DNA of 64,000 nucleotides, from assembly GCA_024277205.1 (NCBI GenBank), contig JAJRVP010000015.1, positions 1,645 through 65,644 on the forward strand. Direction: 5' to 3'. Each line of letters opens with the position of its first letter. The first letter of the stretch is position 1. Shown here in pieces: positions 47,386-57,193 of this stretch. Position numbers and translations under genes: made by a program. The notes under the pieces are model-generated. The model worked only from the letters and a program-made list of their open reading frames with translations, had not been told where the DNA came from and made no database searches. The stretch comes from an archaeon (lineage in GTDB: Archaea > Nanobdellota > Nanobdellia > CSSed11-243R1).

Positions 47386-48444
47386 ATGAGGATTTTAAAA
47401 CAAGATAAGAAAGAAGGCGTAATCACATTAAAAATTGATACCCTAGATGATATTTGGATACTTTCAAGAATTCTTTCTAAAGATGATGTTGTAATTTCAG
47501 AAACAACAAGGGTTGTTAAAAAAACAGAAGAACAAGAAGGAAAAAGAATAAAACTAAAAGTTACTCTCAAAGTTGAAAAAGTAGAATTCCAAAAAAATAC
47601 ATTAAGAATTCTTGGTACAATTATCGAATCTTCAAATCCAAATGTTCCTCATGGTGCATTTCATACAATCACAATTGAAAGGGGAAACATATTAAGCATT
47701 AAAAAAGAATGGCAAAAATGGCAAATTGAAAGGATAAGAGATGCAGTAGAATCCACTAAAAAACCAAAATTAATTCTTTGTGCAGCAGATTATGGAGATG
47801 CCACAATCGCTTTACTAAAAGAATTTGGCATTGAATACATAACTGACTTTTCAAAATCTTTGCCTGGAAAAAAGAAGGAAACTCAAAAGATTTATGAGAG
47901 TAGCAGAGAAGAATTTTTAGTTGAATTAGCAAAACTGCTTGAAGAAACTTCTAAAAATAAAAAAGTAGATAAAATCATTTTTGGTGGTGTTGGATTCCTT
48001 TCTGAAAACTTTAAGAAAACTCTTGAAAAATTTCCTGAACTAAAAAATAAAATTTTCCTTTTCAAAATTTCAACTCATGGAAAACCCGGGATTAATGAAT
48101 TAATTAAAAGGGGCATTATTGAAAAAGTTTCAAAAGGAGGAAGAATCTCTGAAGAGACAAAATTAATTGAAAAATTCTTTGAAGAAGTTTCAAAAGATGG
48201 GCTTGCAACATATGGATTTAATGAAGTTAAAAAAGCAATTGAATATGGTGCTGTTGAAACTATTCTTGTCTCAGATAGTTATATACAAAAGCTAAAAGAA
48301 GAAAATAGATTTGAAGAATTAAATAAGTTGATTGATTCTGCTGAAAAAGTTGGTGCAAAAGTAATTATAATATCTGAAGAACATGACGCTGGTGAAAGAT
48401 TCTCAAAAATGCAAATTGGTGCTTTACTCAGATACAAAGTATGA
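47386..48444 (+). CDS. Pelota/Dom34 mRNA surveillance protein
   Basis: 352 aa. The N-terminus MRILKQDKKEGVITLKIDTLDDIWIL and the eRF1-like domains 2 and 3 are present. Confidence 0.8.
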   Translation: MRILKQDKKEGVITLKIDTLDDIWILSRILSKDDVVISETTRVVKKTEEQEGKRIKLKVTLKVEKVEFQKNTLRILGTIIESSNPNVPHGAFHTITIERGNILSIKKEWQKWQIERIRDAVESTKKPKLILCAADYGDATIALLKEFGIEYITDFSKSLPGKKKETQKIYESSREEFLVELAKLLEETSKNKKVDKIIFGGVGFLSENFKKTLEKFPELKNKIFLFKISTHGKPGINELIKRGIIEKVSKGGRISEETKLIEKFFEEVSKDGLATYGFNEVKKAIEYGAVETILVSDSYIQKLKEENRFEELNKLIDSAEKVGAKVIIISEEHDAGERFSKMQIGALLRYKV

Positions 48445-49152
48445 ATTTAAAACAAACATCGCATTTTCTATTTCTCTTCTTAAAACATGCACATTCTCAC
48501 TATTAAGTGCATTATTAACAACGTATGTGCTGTATTCTGGGGCTACCTTAAAAATTTGATTAAATCTGTCTTTTCCAAGACGTTCATGCAATTCAGAGTA
48601 AAATATCTCAACAATTCCCTCCTTATTATCCAACTCTGGTGGGAATTCCAATCTAAAAACCTCTCTCACTGCCTGCTGCCAAAATTTTGATGAAACAAGA
48701 TATGGTTGGCTCTGTTCTTTTTTTAAACACTCTTTTCTAATGGACAAAGAATCCCCAAGTTCATTCCAATAACCCTCTGCTTCATTTAATTCTGCATACC
48801 TCTGTGAAATCAAACTTTCCAGATCAATAGAATCATAAATAATATATGCTCTATTTTTAAGATGTTGAAGAAATCCTCTTGAAAGAGAAACCAAATTTTT
48901 AGATTCAAACTCCTTGGTTGTTTTTATGACTATATCAAGTGGTGGGTATGTTGTAATCTCTTTAATTAAATTTGCTATTTCTTTATAGTCTTCATCTTTT
49001 GTTAAAAATGAATTTGATTCTAAAACAAGTAAAATATCTATATCTCTAATTCCATGATGTGGTTTTTCGTAATTTGTATAAGAACCAAATAACACTACAC
49101 TCTTAACACTAGATATATCTGTAAAACTAGCAAAGTGATTAATATGCTTCAT
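48424..49152 (-). CDS. nucleotidyltransferase-domain protein (pol-beta superfamily) with C-terminal helical domain
   Basis: 242 aa. LFGSYTNYE...RDIDILLV is the NTase motif. Confidence 0.45.
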   Translation of the reverse strand: MKHINHFASFTDISSVKSVVLFGSYTNYEKPHHGIRDIDILLVLESNSFLTKDEDYKEIANLIKEITTYPPLDIVIKTTKEFESKNLVSLSRGFLQHLKNRAYIIYDSIDLESLISQRYAELNEAEGYWNELGDSLSIRKECLKKEQSQPYLVSSKFWQQAVREVFRLEFPPELDNKEGIVEIFYSELHERLGKDRFNQIFKVAPEYSTYVVNNALNSENVHVLRREIENAMFVLNSYFVSE

Positions 49153-49170
49153 AACATAAGAAAAAAGTTA

Positions 49171-49389
49171 CTACTTTTTAAGCGTTACGAACTGCCAGAT
49201 TAAAAATCCTATTAATGAAATAACAAATGCCAGCTCACCAACAAAATCCATTCTAATTCTTAACCAATATGTAAAAGTCCAACTAACGCTCTCAGGATGC
49301 GCAATTTGCATTGCGATTACATAGAACCAAACAAGCAGCCCAAATAAAAATGCTGTTTTTGAAAAGGTTACTACCAATTTGTTATCCAT
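49171..49389 (-). CDS. small membrane protein, hypothetical
   Basis: Start moved to an internal Met. The upstream part of the track ORF overlaps a GC-rich hairpin island. Confidence 0.2.
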   Translation of the reverse strand: MDNKLVVTFSKTAFLFGLLVWFYVIAMQIAHPESVSWTFTYWLRIRMDFVGELAFVISLIGFLIWQFVTLKK

Positions 49390-49554
49390 AAAAATTTTAA
49401 ATGTGGAAGTACTATATATATTTTGATAAAACTTTTCCAAAAAGTTTTGTGGAATGTGATCTTGTGAGCTCTGCGTTGCCTCTTCGGAGGTGATGCATTG
49501 GGCACGCAGATTACCCACAATAACATTCTTCTAAAATTAAAATGTTTTAAATGT

Positions 49555-50691
49555 CTATCTAAACAAAACAAAGTAAAGAGAAGCCAGAGATGCAATTAAA
49601 AGCCCAACTTGTATTTTAATAATATCTGAAAAGATTAATAAAAGAAGTACAAAAAAGACTCTTCCAGCACAAAGACCCATTTCTCTGAGCATCATAAACT
49701 CTGTTTCATTATATTTTTTAGAAATCAAAGATGAGATTGCAAAAATTGGAAGATAAATCATCACAATACCAATGCCCACTATAAATGATGCAAAATAAAG
49801 TATAATTGGGTTATTTGCATACAAAAGAATCAATAAAATAGCAGAGAGGATTAATCCACCAAGCCTAATAATTCTTTTTCCTTCAAAACTATCAGTAAGT
49901 TTACCAACAATTAAAATAACAATAAAAGAACCAACAAGCAAAACTGATGAAATAAGCCCAATTGAAATATATGTTTTAAGTAAAAACAATATGAGAAATG
50001 GAATCACAAAAAGAGTTGTATTTGAAAGTATTCCTTGGAAAAAATAAGCAAAAAAGTATTTTTTGTTTTCTTTTAATATTTTAAACCAGTTATCTTTTTT
50101 CCTACAACTATAATCTTTTGATAAAAATAAAGGAACTAAACTCAATGAAAGCAATATCCCAACAATTAAAAACAGATAATTAAATGTTAATTCTGTTAAA
50201 ATAAATCCACCTATTAATGGAGCTAAGACACTTCCAAGTCTTGAGGATATCATAAGATAACTAACTTCTTTTCCAGGAGACTTTTTGTGAGAATTTCGGG
50301 CAAAAATCCCATTAGTTGAAACCCAATAAAGTCCATTAGAAAATGCAATCAATGGTGCGACAAAGTAAATTGCTAATGGCATATTCCATTTTGGAACTTC
50401 ATAAAGCAACCAAAAGAATAAAATTAAAATGGGTACGCTTATCATAATTGTGTGCTTTGTACCAATTTTATAATTAATCCTAGATGCAACATAAGATGCT
50501 ATTGCCTGAAATAAAAACCAAATTGCTATAAAAATCAAAATATTGTTTAGAGAGTATCCTATAGTGTAGAGATAGATTGGAATAAAAATATTAATAAGGG
50601 AAATTGCAAATTTTCTAAGATACAATGTTAGATAAACCTCATTCAATTCTTTGTTTGTTTTTTGCAACCAATGTAAATGTGTAAATGGCAA
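49555..50691 (-). CDS. MFS-family transporter
   Basis: 378 aa with 12 predicted transmembrane helices. Confidence 0.6.
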   Translation of the reverse strand: MPFTHLHWLQKTNKELNEVYLTLYLRKFAISLINIFIPIYLYTIGYSLNNILIFIAIWFLFQAIASYVASRINYKIGTKHTIMISVPILILFFWLLYEVPKWNMPLAIYFVAPLIAFSNGLYWVSTNGIFARNSHKKSPGKEVSYLMISSRLGSVLAPLIGGFILTELTFNYLFLIVGILLSLSLVPLFLSKDYSCRKKDNWFKILKENKKYFFAYFFQGILSNTTLFVIPFLILFLLKTYISIGLISSVLLVGSFIVILIVGKLTDSFEGKRIIRLGGLILSAILLILLYANNPIILYFASFIVGIGIVMIYLPIFAISSLISKKYNETEFMMLREMGLCAGRVFFVLLLLIFSDIIKIQVGLLIASLASLYFVLFR

Positions 50692-50716
50692 GGTTTCACC
50701 TCTCCATTTTTTGGTG

Positions 50717-52042
50717 CTATGGATACAATCTTGTCATGGTTCTTGGAAATGGAATTGTTTCCATTATGTGTTCTGCTCCTGAAAGCCACATAACTAATCT
50801 TTCTATTCCAAGTCCAAAACCTGCATGTGGAACTGTTCCATATCTTCTCAAATCAAGATACCATTCATAATCTTTCTTATCGAGCTTGAAAATTTTTAGT
50901 GACTCTTCAAGTTCTTTTAAGTCATAAACTCTTTCACTGCCACCTGTTGCTTCTCCAACTCCTGGAATAAGTAAATCTGCTGCTAAAACAACTTTTTTGT
51001 CTTTTGGGTCTGGCCGCATATAAAATGCTTTCATCTCTCGTGGAAAATGTGTTATGAAAACTGGCGCCCCAATTTCTGCAACAAGTTTTCTTTCATCAGC
51101 ATCTGTTAAATCATATCCCCATTTCTTGCCAAGCTTTTTAATTACTTCCTCGTATTTCATTCTCTTAAAAGGTGGTTTTATCTTCTTTAATTCATCAACA
51201 TCTCTTCCAAGCTCTTTTAATTCTTTTTTACATTTTTCAGCAACATAATGTGCAACAAAAGTTATGAATTCCTCTTGAAACTTCAAAAGCTCATCAAACT
51301 GCATCCATGCAGTTTCCATTTCATGGTGCCAGTACTCTGCAAGATGCCTTCTTGTTCTACTTTTTTCAGCTCTAAAGCTTGGAGCAATACAATAAATTTT
51401 CTGAAGTGCAAAAATCATTGCTTCTGCATATAGTTGCCACGATTGTGTCAGGTATGCTTTTTTATCAAAGTACTTTACTTCAAAAAGAGTCGAACCCCCT
51501 TCACAAGCAGAGCCAGTAAAACTTGGAGATTGGATTTCATAATATTCTTTCTTTTTGTAAAATTCGTGAATGGCTTCAAAAACAGCACTACGCACTTTTA
51601 GGATTAAAGTCATTCTTCTGCTGCGAATCCACAAGTGTCTAACATCTCTTAAGAATTCTTCACTTTTGTCTTTTGTAATTGGAAATCTTTCTGCAAGCCC
51701 AACAATTTCAAGTTTTTCAATTTGGATTTCATATCCTCCTGGAGCTCTTTTGTCTTCTTTAACAACACCCCAAATCTTTACAGAAGATTCAATTGTTAAT
51801 TTTTGTGCATCATCCCAGTACTTGGAATCTGGCTTAATTGCTGTTTGCACAATACCAGAATCATCTCTGATTAAAAAGAAAGAAACTGTTTTTTGCTTTC
51901 TCTCTCTATACACCCAACCCCTAATAGCAACTTTTTCACCTGTATGTTTTCCATCTAAAATCTCTCCAATTTTTACAAAATCCATAGAATAAGTCAATCT
52001 CTCTTCCTTAAAATCCTTTTCTTTAAAGATTCCGGCCATCAC
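50717..52042 (-). CDS. class IIb aminoacyl-tRNA synthetase, AsnRS-like (AspRS not excluded)
   Basis: 441 aa. Motif 2 region FRAEKSRTRRHLAEYWHHEMETAW resembles the AsnRS RHLAEFW more than the AspRS RHLNEAW. C-terminal motif 3 is GFGLGIERLVMW. Confidence 0.65.
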   Translation of the reverse strand: MMAGIFKEKDFKEERLTYSMDFVKIGEILDGKHTGEKVAIRGWVYRERKQKTVSFFLIRDDSGIVQTAIKPDSKYWDDAQKLTIESSVKIWGVVKEDKRAPGGYEIQIEKLEIVGLAERFPITKDKSEEFLRDVRHLWIRSRRMTLILKVRSAVFEAIHEFYKKKEYYEIQSPSFTGSACEGGSTLFEVKYFDKKAYLTQSWQLYAEAMIFALQKIYCIAPSFRAEKSRTRRHLAEYWHHEMETAWMQFDELLKFQEEFITFVAHYVAEKCKKELKELGRDVDELKKIKPPFKRMKYEEVIKKLGKKWGYDLTDADERKLVAEIGAPVFITHFPREMKAFYMRPDPKDKKVVLAADLLIPGVGEATGGSERVYDLKELEESLKIFKLDKKDYEWYLDLRRYGTVPHAGFGLGIERLVMWLSGAEHIMETIPFPRTMTRLYP

Positions 52043-52200
52043 CTTTTAGAGTTTTTTCTCTAGACATTTTTATCACCTCTTCTTTTTTTAAAGAAATACC
52101 TCTAAGCAAATGAGAAAAAGTTTCAGTTCCGGCAATCGCCTTTTGCTTTCATTTTAATCAATAAATTAACTAAATTTTATTTTATAAGTATTTCTAAAAA

Positions 52201-52760
52201 TTAACTCAATAATTCCCTTAAAAAAGAGGTTTCTTCATGAATTAATTCTCTATTTATTGGGATACCTTCATCATTACATTGTTGAATATATGCTTTTAGA
52301 ATACCACCATAGATTTTCCAAATATTAGATAAATCTTCTTGTTTGGTCAAGGCATAAACACTATCTATCAATGCCTCATCTGCTGGAATAATATCTGATC
52401 CTTTTCCCCTCGCATGAGAAATCATTCTAAATCCATATGTAATTAAATCAGGTGGTGTTGTATTGCATGCTTGTAGAGCATCTCTCCTGCTGTAGCTTCC
52501 CCTTTCTTCTCTACAATTTTCAAAAGATCCTGAATGTGGTGTGGTTTTGCTGCCCATTTTATCACCCTCTTAAAAGTGGCTATTCCCCTTTCTTTAACTT
52601 TTCTTGCCTCTTTCACTTTTTTTGCAAGTTCAACAATTTTATTCCAATACTTTTTAGCTACCCCATCAATGGGATCGAATAAAACATGTTTTTTCCTTAC
52701 TTCATAGTAGTCAAATGGAGCACTTATAAATGTTACGAAAAATAAAGCTCTTGGGTTCAT
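52201..52760 (-). CDS. hypothetical protein, two overlapping reading frames (possible frameshift or pseudogene)
   Basis: ORFs 52443..52760 and 52201..52557 overlap by 115 nt in different frames on the same strand. Confidence 0.2.
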
Positions 52761-52777
52761 TAGTCTTCACCTGCCAT

Positions 52778-52978
52778 CTATAGTTTTTTCTCAAGTTTTT
52801 CTTCTTCTTTTGTTAGTTTTACCCCAAGTTTCTGAAGAGCATCAAAGTGTAATTTGATTAGCTGGTCCACAATGGTTATCAACCTATAAAGCTCTTTTCT
52901 TTCATTAATCAAAGTTTCAATCGACCCTTTATGATATCCTATTTGTTCTTCTTTACTTACTTTTGATTGTCTTGCCAT
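52778..52978 (-). CDS. hypothetical small protein
   Basis: 66 aa, helical. Confidence 0.2.
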   Translation of the reverse strand: MARQSKVSKEEQIGYHKGSIETLINERKELYRLITIVDQLIKLHFDALQKLGVKLTKEEEKLEKKL

Positions 52979-52979
52979 T

Positions 52980-53477
52980 TTATCCCCCCTCGATTACTTC
53001 TATTCCAATTATTTTAAATTTATCTGGATCAAAAACAAGAAAATTCATCGGAAATCTCTTTTCATGTTCTTTGAAAAGAGTAAGAGTTTCAAGTTCTCTT
53101 AACTGTTCAGGATTAATTATTGCACAATTTGGATATAACTCTTTGATTATTTCATTTGCAACTTTTTTTGGCACATTTGTATCTTTTATTTTTATTAATT
53201 TTCCAATAAACATCTTTTTAAGAACATCATTTTCTATTAGGATAACGTCTTCTCTTTTTTGAGGCAAGCGTTCGTTTTCAAGTTTTACTTTTTCTTCTGC
53301 ATACTTTGAAACAACCTTTTTGATTTTTTGAATATCGCTTTTTGATAATCCTATTTCTTCAAGCCACTTTTCTTGAACATCTGGAAAATAATTTAGAAAA
53401 ACTGGCAAAAGTTTAAGCTCTTCAATAAATTCTTCTGCACATTCTTTGCATGTTTTTTCAAGAGTTTCAAATTTCAT
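52980..53477 (-). CDS. hypothetical protein
   Basis: 165 aa. One-nt spacer to the downstream gene. Confidence 0.25.
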   Translation of the reverse strand: MKFETLEKTCKECAEEFIEELKLLPVFLNYFPDVQEKWLEEIGLSKSDIQKIKKVVSKYAEEKVKLENERLPQKREDVILIENDVLKKMFIGKLIKIKDTNVPKKVANEIIKELYPNCAIINPEQLRELETLTLFKEHEKRFPMNFLVFDPDKFKIIGIEVIEGG

Positions 53478-53510
53478 AATAAAAATTAAAGAATCCCGTG
53501 TTTATATCTT

Positions 53511-54503
53511 TTAGTTTTCAAAGAAACTCTTTAAATTTTCAACATGTTGATAAAGATTAAGTATTACTCCACTTTTTTGTTCTTGAAGATTATTTGTTGT
53601 TTTGACATAGTCCTTAATGATATTTATTTTTTCAGGGTTTTCTACAAGTGGAACAAGGTATTTTGCCCAGCTTGAAGCTGAAGCAAAACTATCCCTTTGG
53701 GCTTCAGATAACAATCCCAGTTGATTCATCAAATCTTGAAAAGTATTATTGTATTCAACAGCCTCATCTAATCTTTCATTACAATATGTTAAAACACATC
53801 TAACAATTTCATCTATTTGATCATGAATTGGCACTCTAGAACGTATGTACTTTGTCGGCCCTTCACCCGCCTTTCTCTTTCTCTTCTGTTTTTTAAGTGT
53901 AGATTCTATCCCCAACTTTTCAATCAAATTCCTTCTTTTTGACAATAACCTACTTACAAAACTTTCAAATAAGTTATACGCCTGGATTTCTTTATATGAA
54001 ATCTCTTCTGGCATATTTACTGATTTTATTTTTTCATCTACTCCTTTAAGTTCATCCAAATAAGTTTGTGATTTTTGAAGCCACAAATCTAATTGTTGAG
54101 CATAAGATTCTAACTTTCCTTTTTCTTCAACTAATGTTTTTTGTTTACTTTGTACTTTTTTTCGTTCTTCTAATAAATGGGAAATCTCATTATGTGTTTT
54201 TACATATGGTGTTCCTACTTCATTAATCATATCGGTATATTCATCTGCTTGTGGAGAATTAAACGCATCTTCAATGCAAGAATCAGTACTATCAACAAAT
54301 TCTTTAGCATGCTTAACTAATGCTGCTCTTTTTGTGGTTAATTCCAAATCCAATTTATCTAATTTCTTTTGTAGCCCAAATATCTCATCTTCGAGTTGTG
54401 GAGGTTTGATATAACATTCTACAATTTTCTCTCGTATATCTTGTATTGAAATTACATGTACAGAAATTCCATTTAATATTCTCTCTAAGTCTTGTGGTTC
54501 CAT
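53511..54503 (-). CDS. hypothetical coiled-coil protein
   Basis: 330 aa. Confidence 0.3.
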   Translation of the reverse strand: MEPQDLERILNGISVHVISIQDIREKIVECYIKPPQLEDEIFGLQKKLDKLDLELTTKRAALVKHAKEFVDSTDSCIEDAFNSPQADEYTDMINEVGTPYVKTHNEISHLLEERKKVQSKQKTLVEEKGKLESYAQQLDLWLQKSQTYLDELKGVDEKIKSVNMPEEISYKEIQAYNLFESFVSRLLSKRRNLIEKLGIESTLKKQKRKRKAGEGPTKYIRSRVPIHDQIDEIVRCVLTYCNERLDEAVEYNNTFQDLMNQLGLLSEAQRDSFASASSWAKYLVPLVENPEKINIIKDYVKTTNNLQEQKSGVILNLYQHVENLKSFFEN

Positions 54504-54538
54504 GGAATAACATAAATAAAATCTATTTATAAATATTA

Positions 54539-55162
54539 CTATTTAGTAGTAAATTTCCAAAGAGTAATTTTTACAGGATGTTTGAACTCTTCATGAAATT
54601 CCATTGTTGGTTTTAGAATTAGTGTTTTATCAGATAATTTTATTGCTCTAAAGTTATGTTCGTCTGCAAATTTTTCAATAAATTTTTCAGTCCTGAATTT
54701 ATGAATGGAGTAAATATTTTTTGAAATTTCAAATGCTTTTTCAAGAAATACCCTATCGGCCCCTTTCTTTTGAATTCCAAATGGTGGGTTCATTATAACT
54801 GTATAGCATTTTTGTTCAATCTCTTTTACATCCTTACGAATAAATTTGATATCGCACATTGGAATCTTTGTCCCTTCCACAATTTTTTCATTTTTCTTTG
54901 CAATTGCTAAAGCTTTGTTATCAATATCATACCCAACAACAGATTTTGCTCCAAGAAGTGCAGCACCAAAAGAAAAAATTCCGGTACCACAACCAAGATC
55001 AACAACATCTTTACCTTTAATATTTCCATCCATATAAGCTATCCATAACAATTCTGCTGCAATTTCAGAAGGGGTTACATACTGCTCCCATTCTGCAACT
55101 GGCTCTTCAAAACCTTCAATTGCAGATAATATAATTGCCAAATCTTTTTTTGATGGTATCAT
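54539..55162 (-). CDS. SAM-dependent methyltransferase with NPPF motif (COG2263 / METTL5-like)
   Basis: 207 aa. SAM-binding motif VVDLGCGTG and catalytic motif VIMNPPFG. Confidence 0.6.
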   Translation of the reverse strand: MIPSKKDLAIILSAIEGFEEPVAEWEQYVTPSEIAAELLWIAYMDGNIKGKDVVDLGCGTGIFSFGAALLGAKSVVGYDIDNKALAIAKKNEKIVEGTKIPMCDIKFIRKDVKEIEQKCYTVIMNPPFGIQKKGADRVFLEKAFEISKNIYSIHKFRTEKFIEKFADEHNFRAIKLSDKTLILKPTMEFHEEFKHPVKITLWKFTTK

Positions 55163-55167
55163 AATAA

Positions 55168-55974
55168 TCAGTTAAAAAATTCAATATTTATCTTTTTATC
55201 TATGTTAATTAAAGCAAATTGTCCAGCTCCACCATATCCAGAATTAATAACCACCGTCTTTCCAATTCTTGTTTTTCCTTGTGTTTCATGTATATGCCCG
55301 CAAATGTGAAGAATGGGTTTATATTTTTTATCAATAAAATTGTATAAATCTACCCCAATATGTTTAGCATGCATTGGTGATTTTGGGTTATCTATTTTAT
55401 CTAACTTCGTTCTATACGGTGGAATATGTGTTAAAAAAATTGTTCTTCTTTTTGATTTTGAAAATAACCTTTTAAAAACATTTAGTGGTTCTTTTAAGTA
55501 AGAGTATATCGAAAACCCAATCAAATCAAAATCTCTAAATTTAGCCCTTGAATAAAATAAAAGTTTTAGATTTTTTGTTTTTCTAATCATCTCTTGCAAA
55601 GTAGGATAATCCCCAGATAAACCATACTCTCTCAAAACCTTTTTCTTAATCCGCATTTCTGTAAAATCATTATTTCCAGGGACAATATAAACTGGCTTTC
55701 CAATTTTATCCAATTCTTTTACTACAAATTTCATGCTTTTCAAATTTTGCTTAAAAAGATTTGAAAGTTTTTTCTTTGAAATAAAATTAGTTAAAGGGAT
55801 ACCCATTCCAAGTTCCTGCGCATATTTGAATAAATATTTCCTTTCTTTTCTATCTGCTAAATCTCCAGGTGAAAAAATGACATCTGCTTCTTTAGCATAT
55901 TTTTTCACTTTTTTTGGAAATCTCCCATGAAAATCGCCAACTGCAAGTATTTTCATTTTAATGTACCTTTGCAA
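55168..55974 (-). CDS. calcineurin-like metallophosphoesterase
   Basis: 268 aa. Carries ILAVGDFHG and GHIH motifs. Confidence 0.6.
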   Translation of the reverse strand: MQRYIKMKILAVGDFHGRFPKKVKKYAKEADVIFSPGDLADRKERKYLFKYAQELGMGIPLTNFISKKKLSNLFKQNLKSMKFVVKELDKIGKPVYIVPGNNDFTEMRIKKKVLREYGLSGDYPTLQEMIRKTKNLKLLFYSRAKFRDFDLIGFSIYSYLKEPLNVFKRLFSKSKRRTIFLTHIPPYRTKLDKIDNPKSPMHAKHIGVDLYNFIDKKYKPILHICGHIHETQGKTRIGKTVVINSGYGGAGQFALINIDKKINIEFFN

Positions 55975-57121
55975 TCTTCCATCTTACGAGTAGGTGTGAA
56001 AACAAGAATGGAACTACAAATCCAAATAAAATACTAGATGCAATTAATACTGAAAATAAACCATTTGTTATTATTCCATTGTCAAACAAAAGTTTAACAA
56101 TTACAATACTTGTGCTAAATCTAACAAGCAAACCAATACCAAGTAGTACTGATTTTTTGGTGCCAAATCTCTTTCTCGCTACTAAATATGCACTTGAAAT
56201 TTTTGCTAAGCTAACAACTCCGATTACTATCAAGATAAGTAAAGGATATGTTATAAGATAATTAATATTCATTTTTAATCCAACATCCAAAAAGAAAAGT
56301 GGGGCGAATAGTCCATAACAAATGGATTTTATTGTTGTCTCAATCGTTTTATACCTTTTCTTTGGCAAAAATGTTTTCAAACTTACTCCAGCAAGCAAAG
56401 CACCCAAGGATGTGGCTTCTGCATAACTACCAATGCCTATAAAAAAGAATAAAATGAAAATTGCGAATAAAAATAAAGTTTCTACATCAAATAACTTAAA
56501 TCTTTCTCCTTCTTTTCTAAAATATCTAAATGTAATAGCAAGTATAAAAATTGTTAATAATGAAACTAAAACCACAAATAAATCTATGTGTGTTTTTTGT
56601 TGAGAGCCAATCAATAAAACTGCTAAAACAAGAGCTAAAATTTCTAAACCATCGTCTAAAATCCCTATCCCAATTATTGCTCTTCCTAATGAAGTACCAA
56701 TCAATTTAAATTCATCAAGTATTGGAATTAAAATTGCCTCACCAACTGTTGCAAAGGATAATGCAACAATTATTGAAACTACCCAATCATAATTGAATAT
56801 GTAATGAAGGACTAATCCCCCAAATAATGCTTCAAGAAGTATTATAGATAAAGTTGAGTTGATTATAAATTTTCCCTCTCCAAATATTTTTTTCAAATCA
56901 ATCTCAAAACCAATAACAAAAAGTAGTAAATATAAACCAATACTAGCCATAAATTCAAATTGTGGAGATGAAGTTATTAGTGAAAAAGGATTCTTAATAG
57001 CCAGAAAAAAACCTAATATTAACGCACCAAAAATCCAAGGAACTCTAAATTTTTCAATAATTCTGCCGATAATAAATGTTACTGCAAATACTGCTGCTAA
57101 GAATAAAAATAGGTTCATCAT
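55958..57121 (-). CDS. monovalent cation:proton antiporter (CPA/NhaP/KefB-like)
   Basis: 387 aa with 11-12 transmembrane helices typical of CPA family members. Confidence 0.65.
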   Translation of the reverse strand: MMNLFLFLAAVFAVTFIIGRIIEKFRVPWIFGALILGFFLAIKNPFSLITSSPQFEFMASIGLYLLLFVIGFEIDLKKIFGEGKFIINSTLSIILLEALFGGLVLHYIFNYDWVVSIIVALSFATVGEAILIPILDEFKLIGTSLGRAIIGIGILDDGLEILALVLAVLLIGSQQKTHIDLFVVLVSLLTIFILAITFRYFRKEGERFKLFDVETLFLFAIFILFFFIGIGSYAEATSLGALLAGVSLKTFLPKKRYKTIETTIKSICYGLFAPLFFLDVGLKMNINYLITYPLLILIVIGVVSLAKISSAYLVARKRFGTKKSVLLGIGLLVRFSTSIVIVKLLFDNGIITNGLFSVLIASSILFGFVVPFLFSHLLVRWKIAKVH

Positions 57122-57193
57122 ATAATATTATCTCATTTAGCTGCTTTTAACTTTTTCTAAACATTTTTTAATTAGGATGATTTAGAAATAGTT

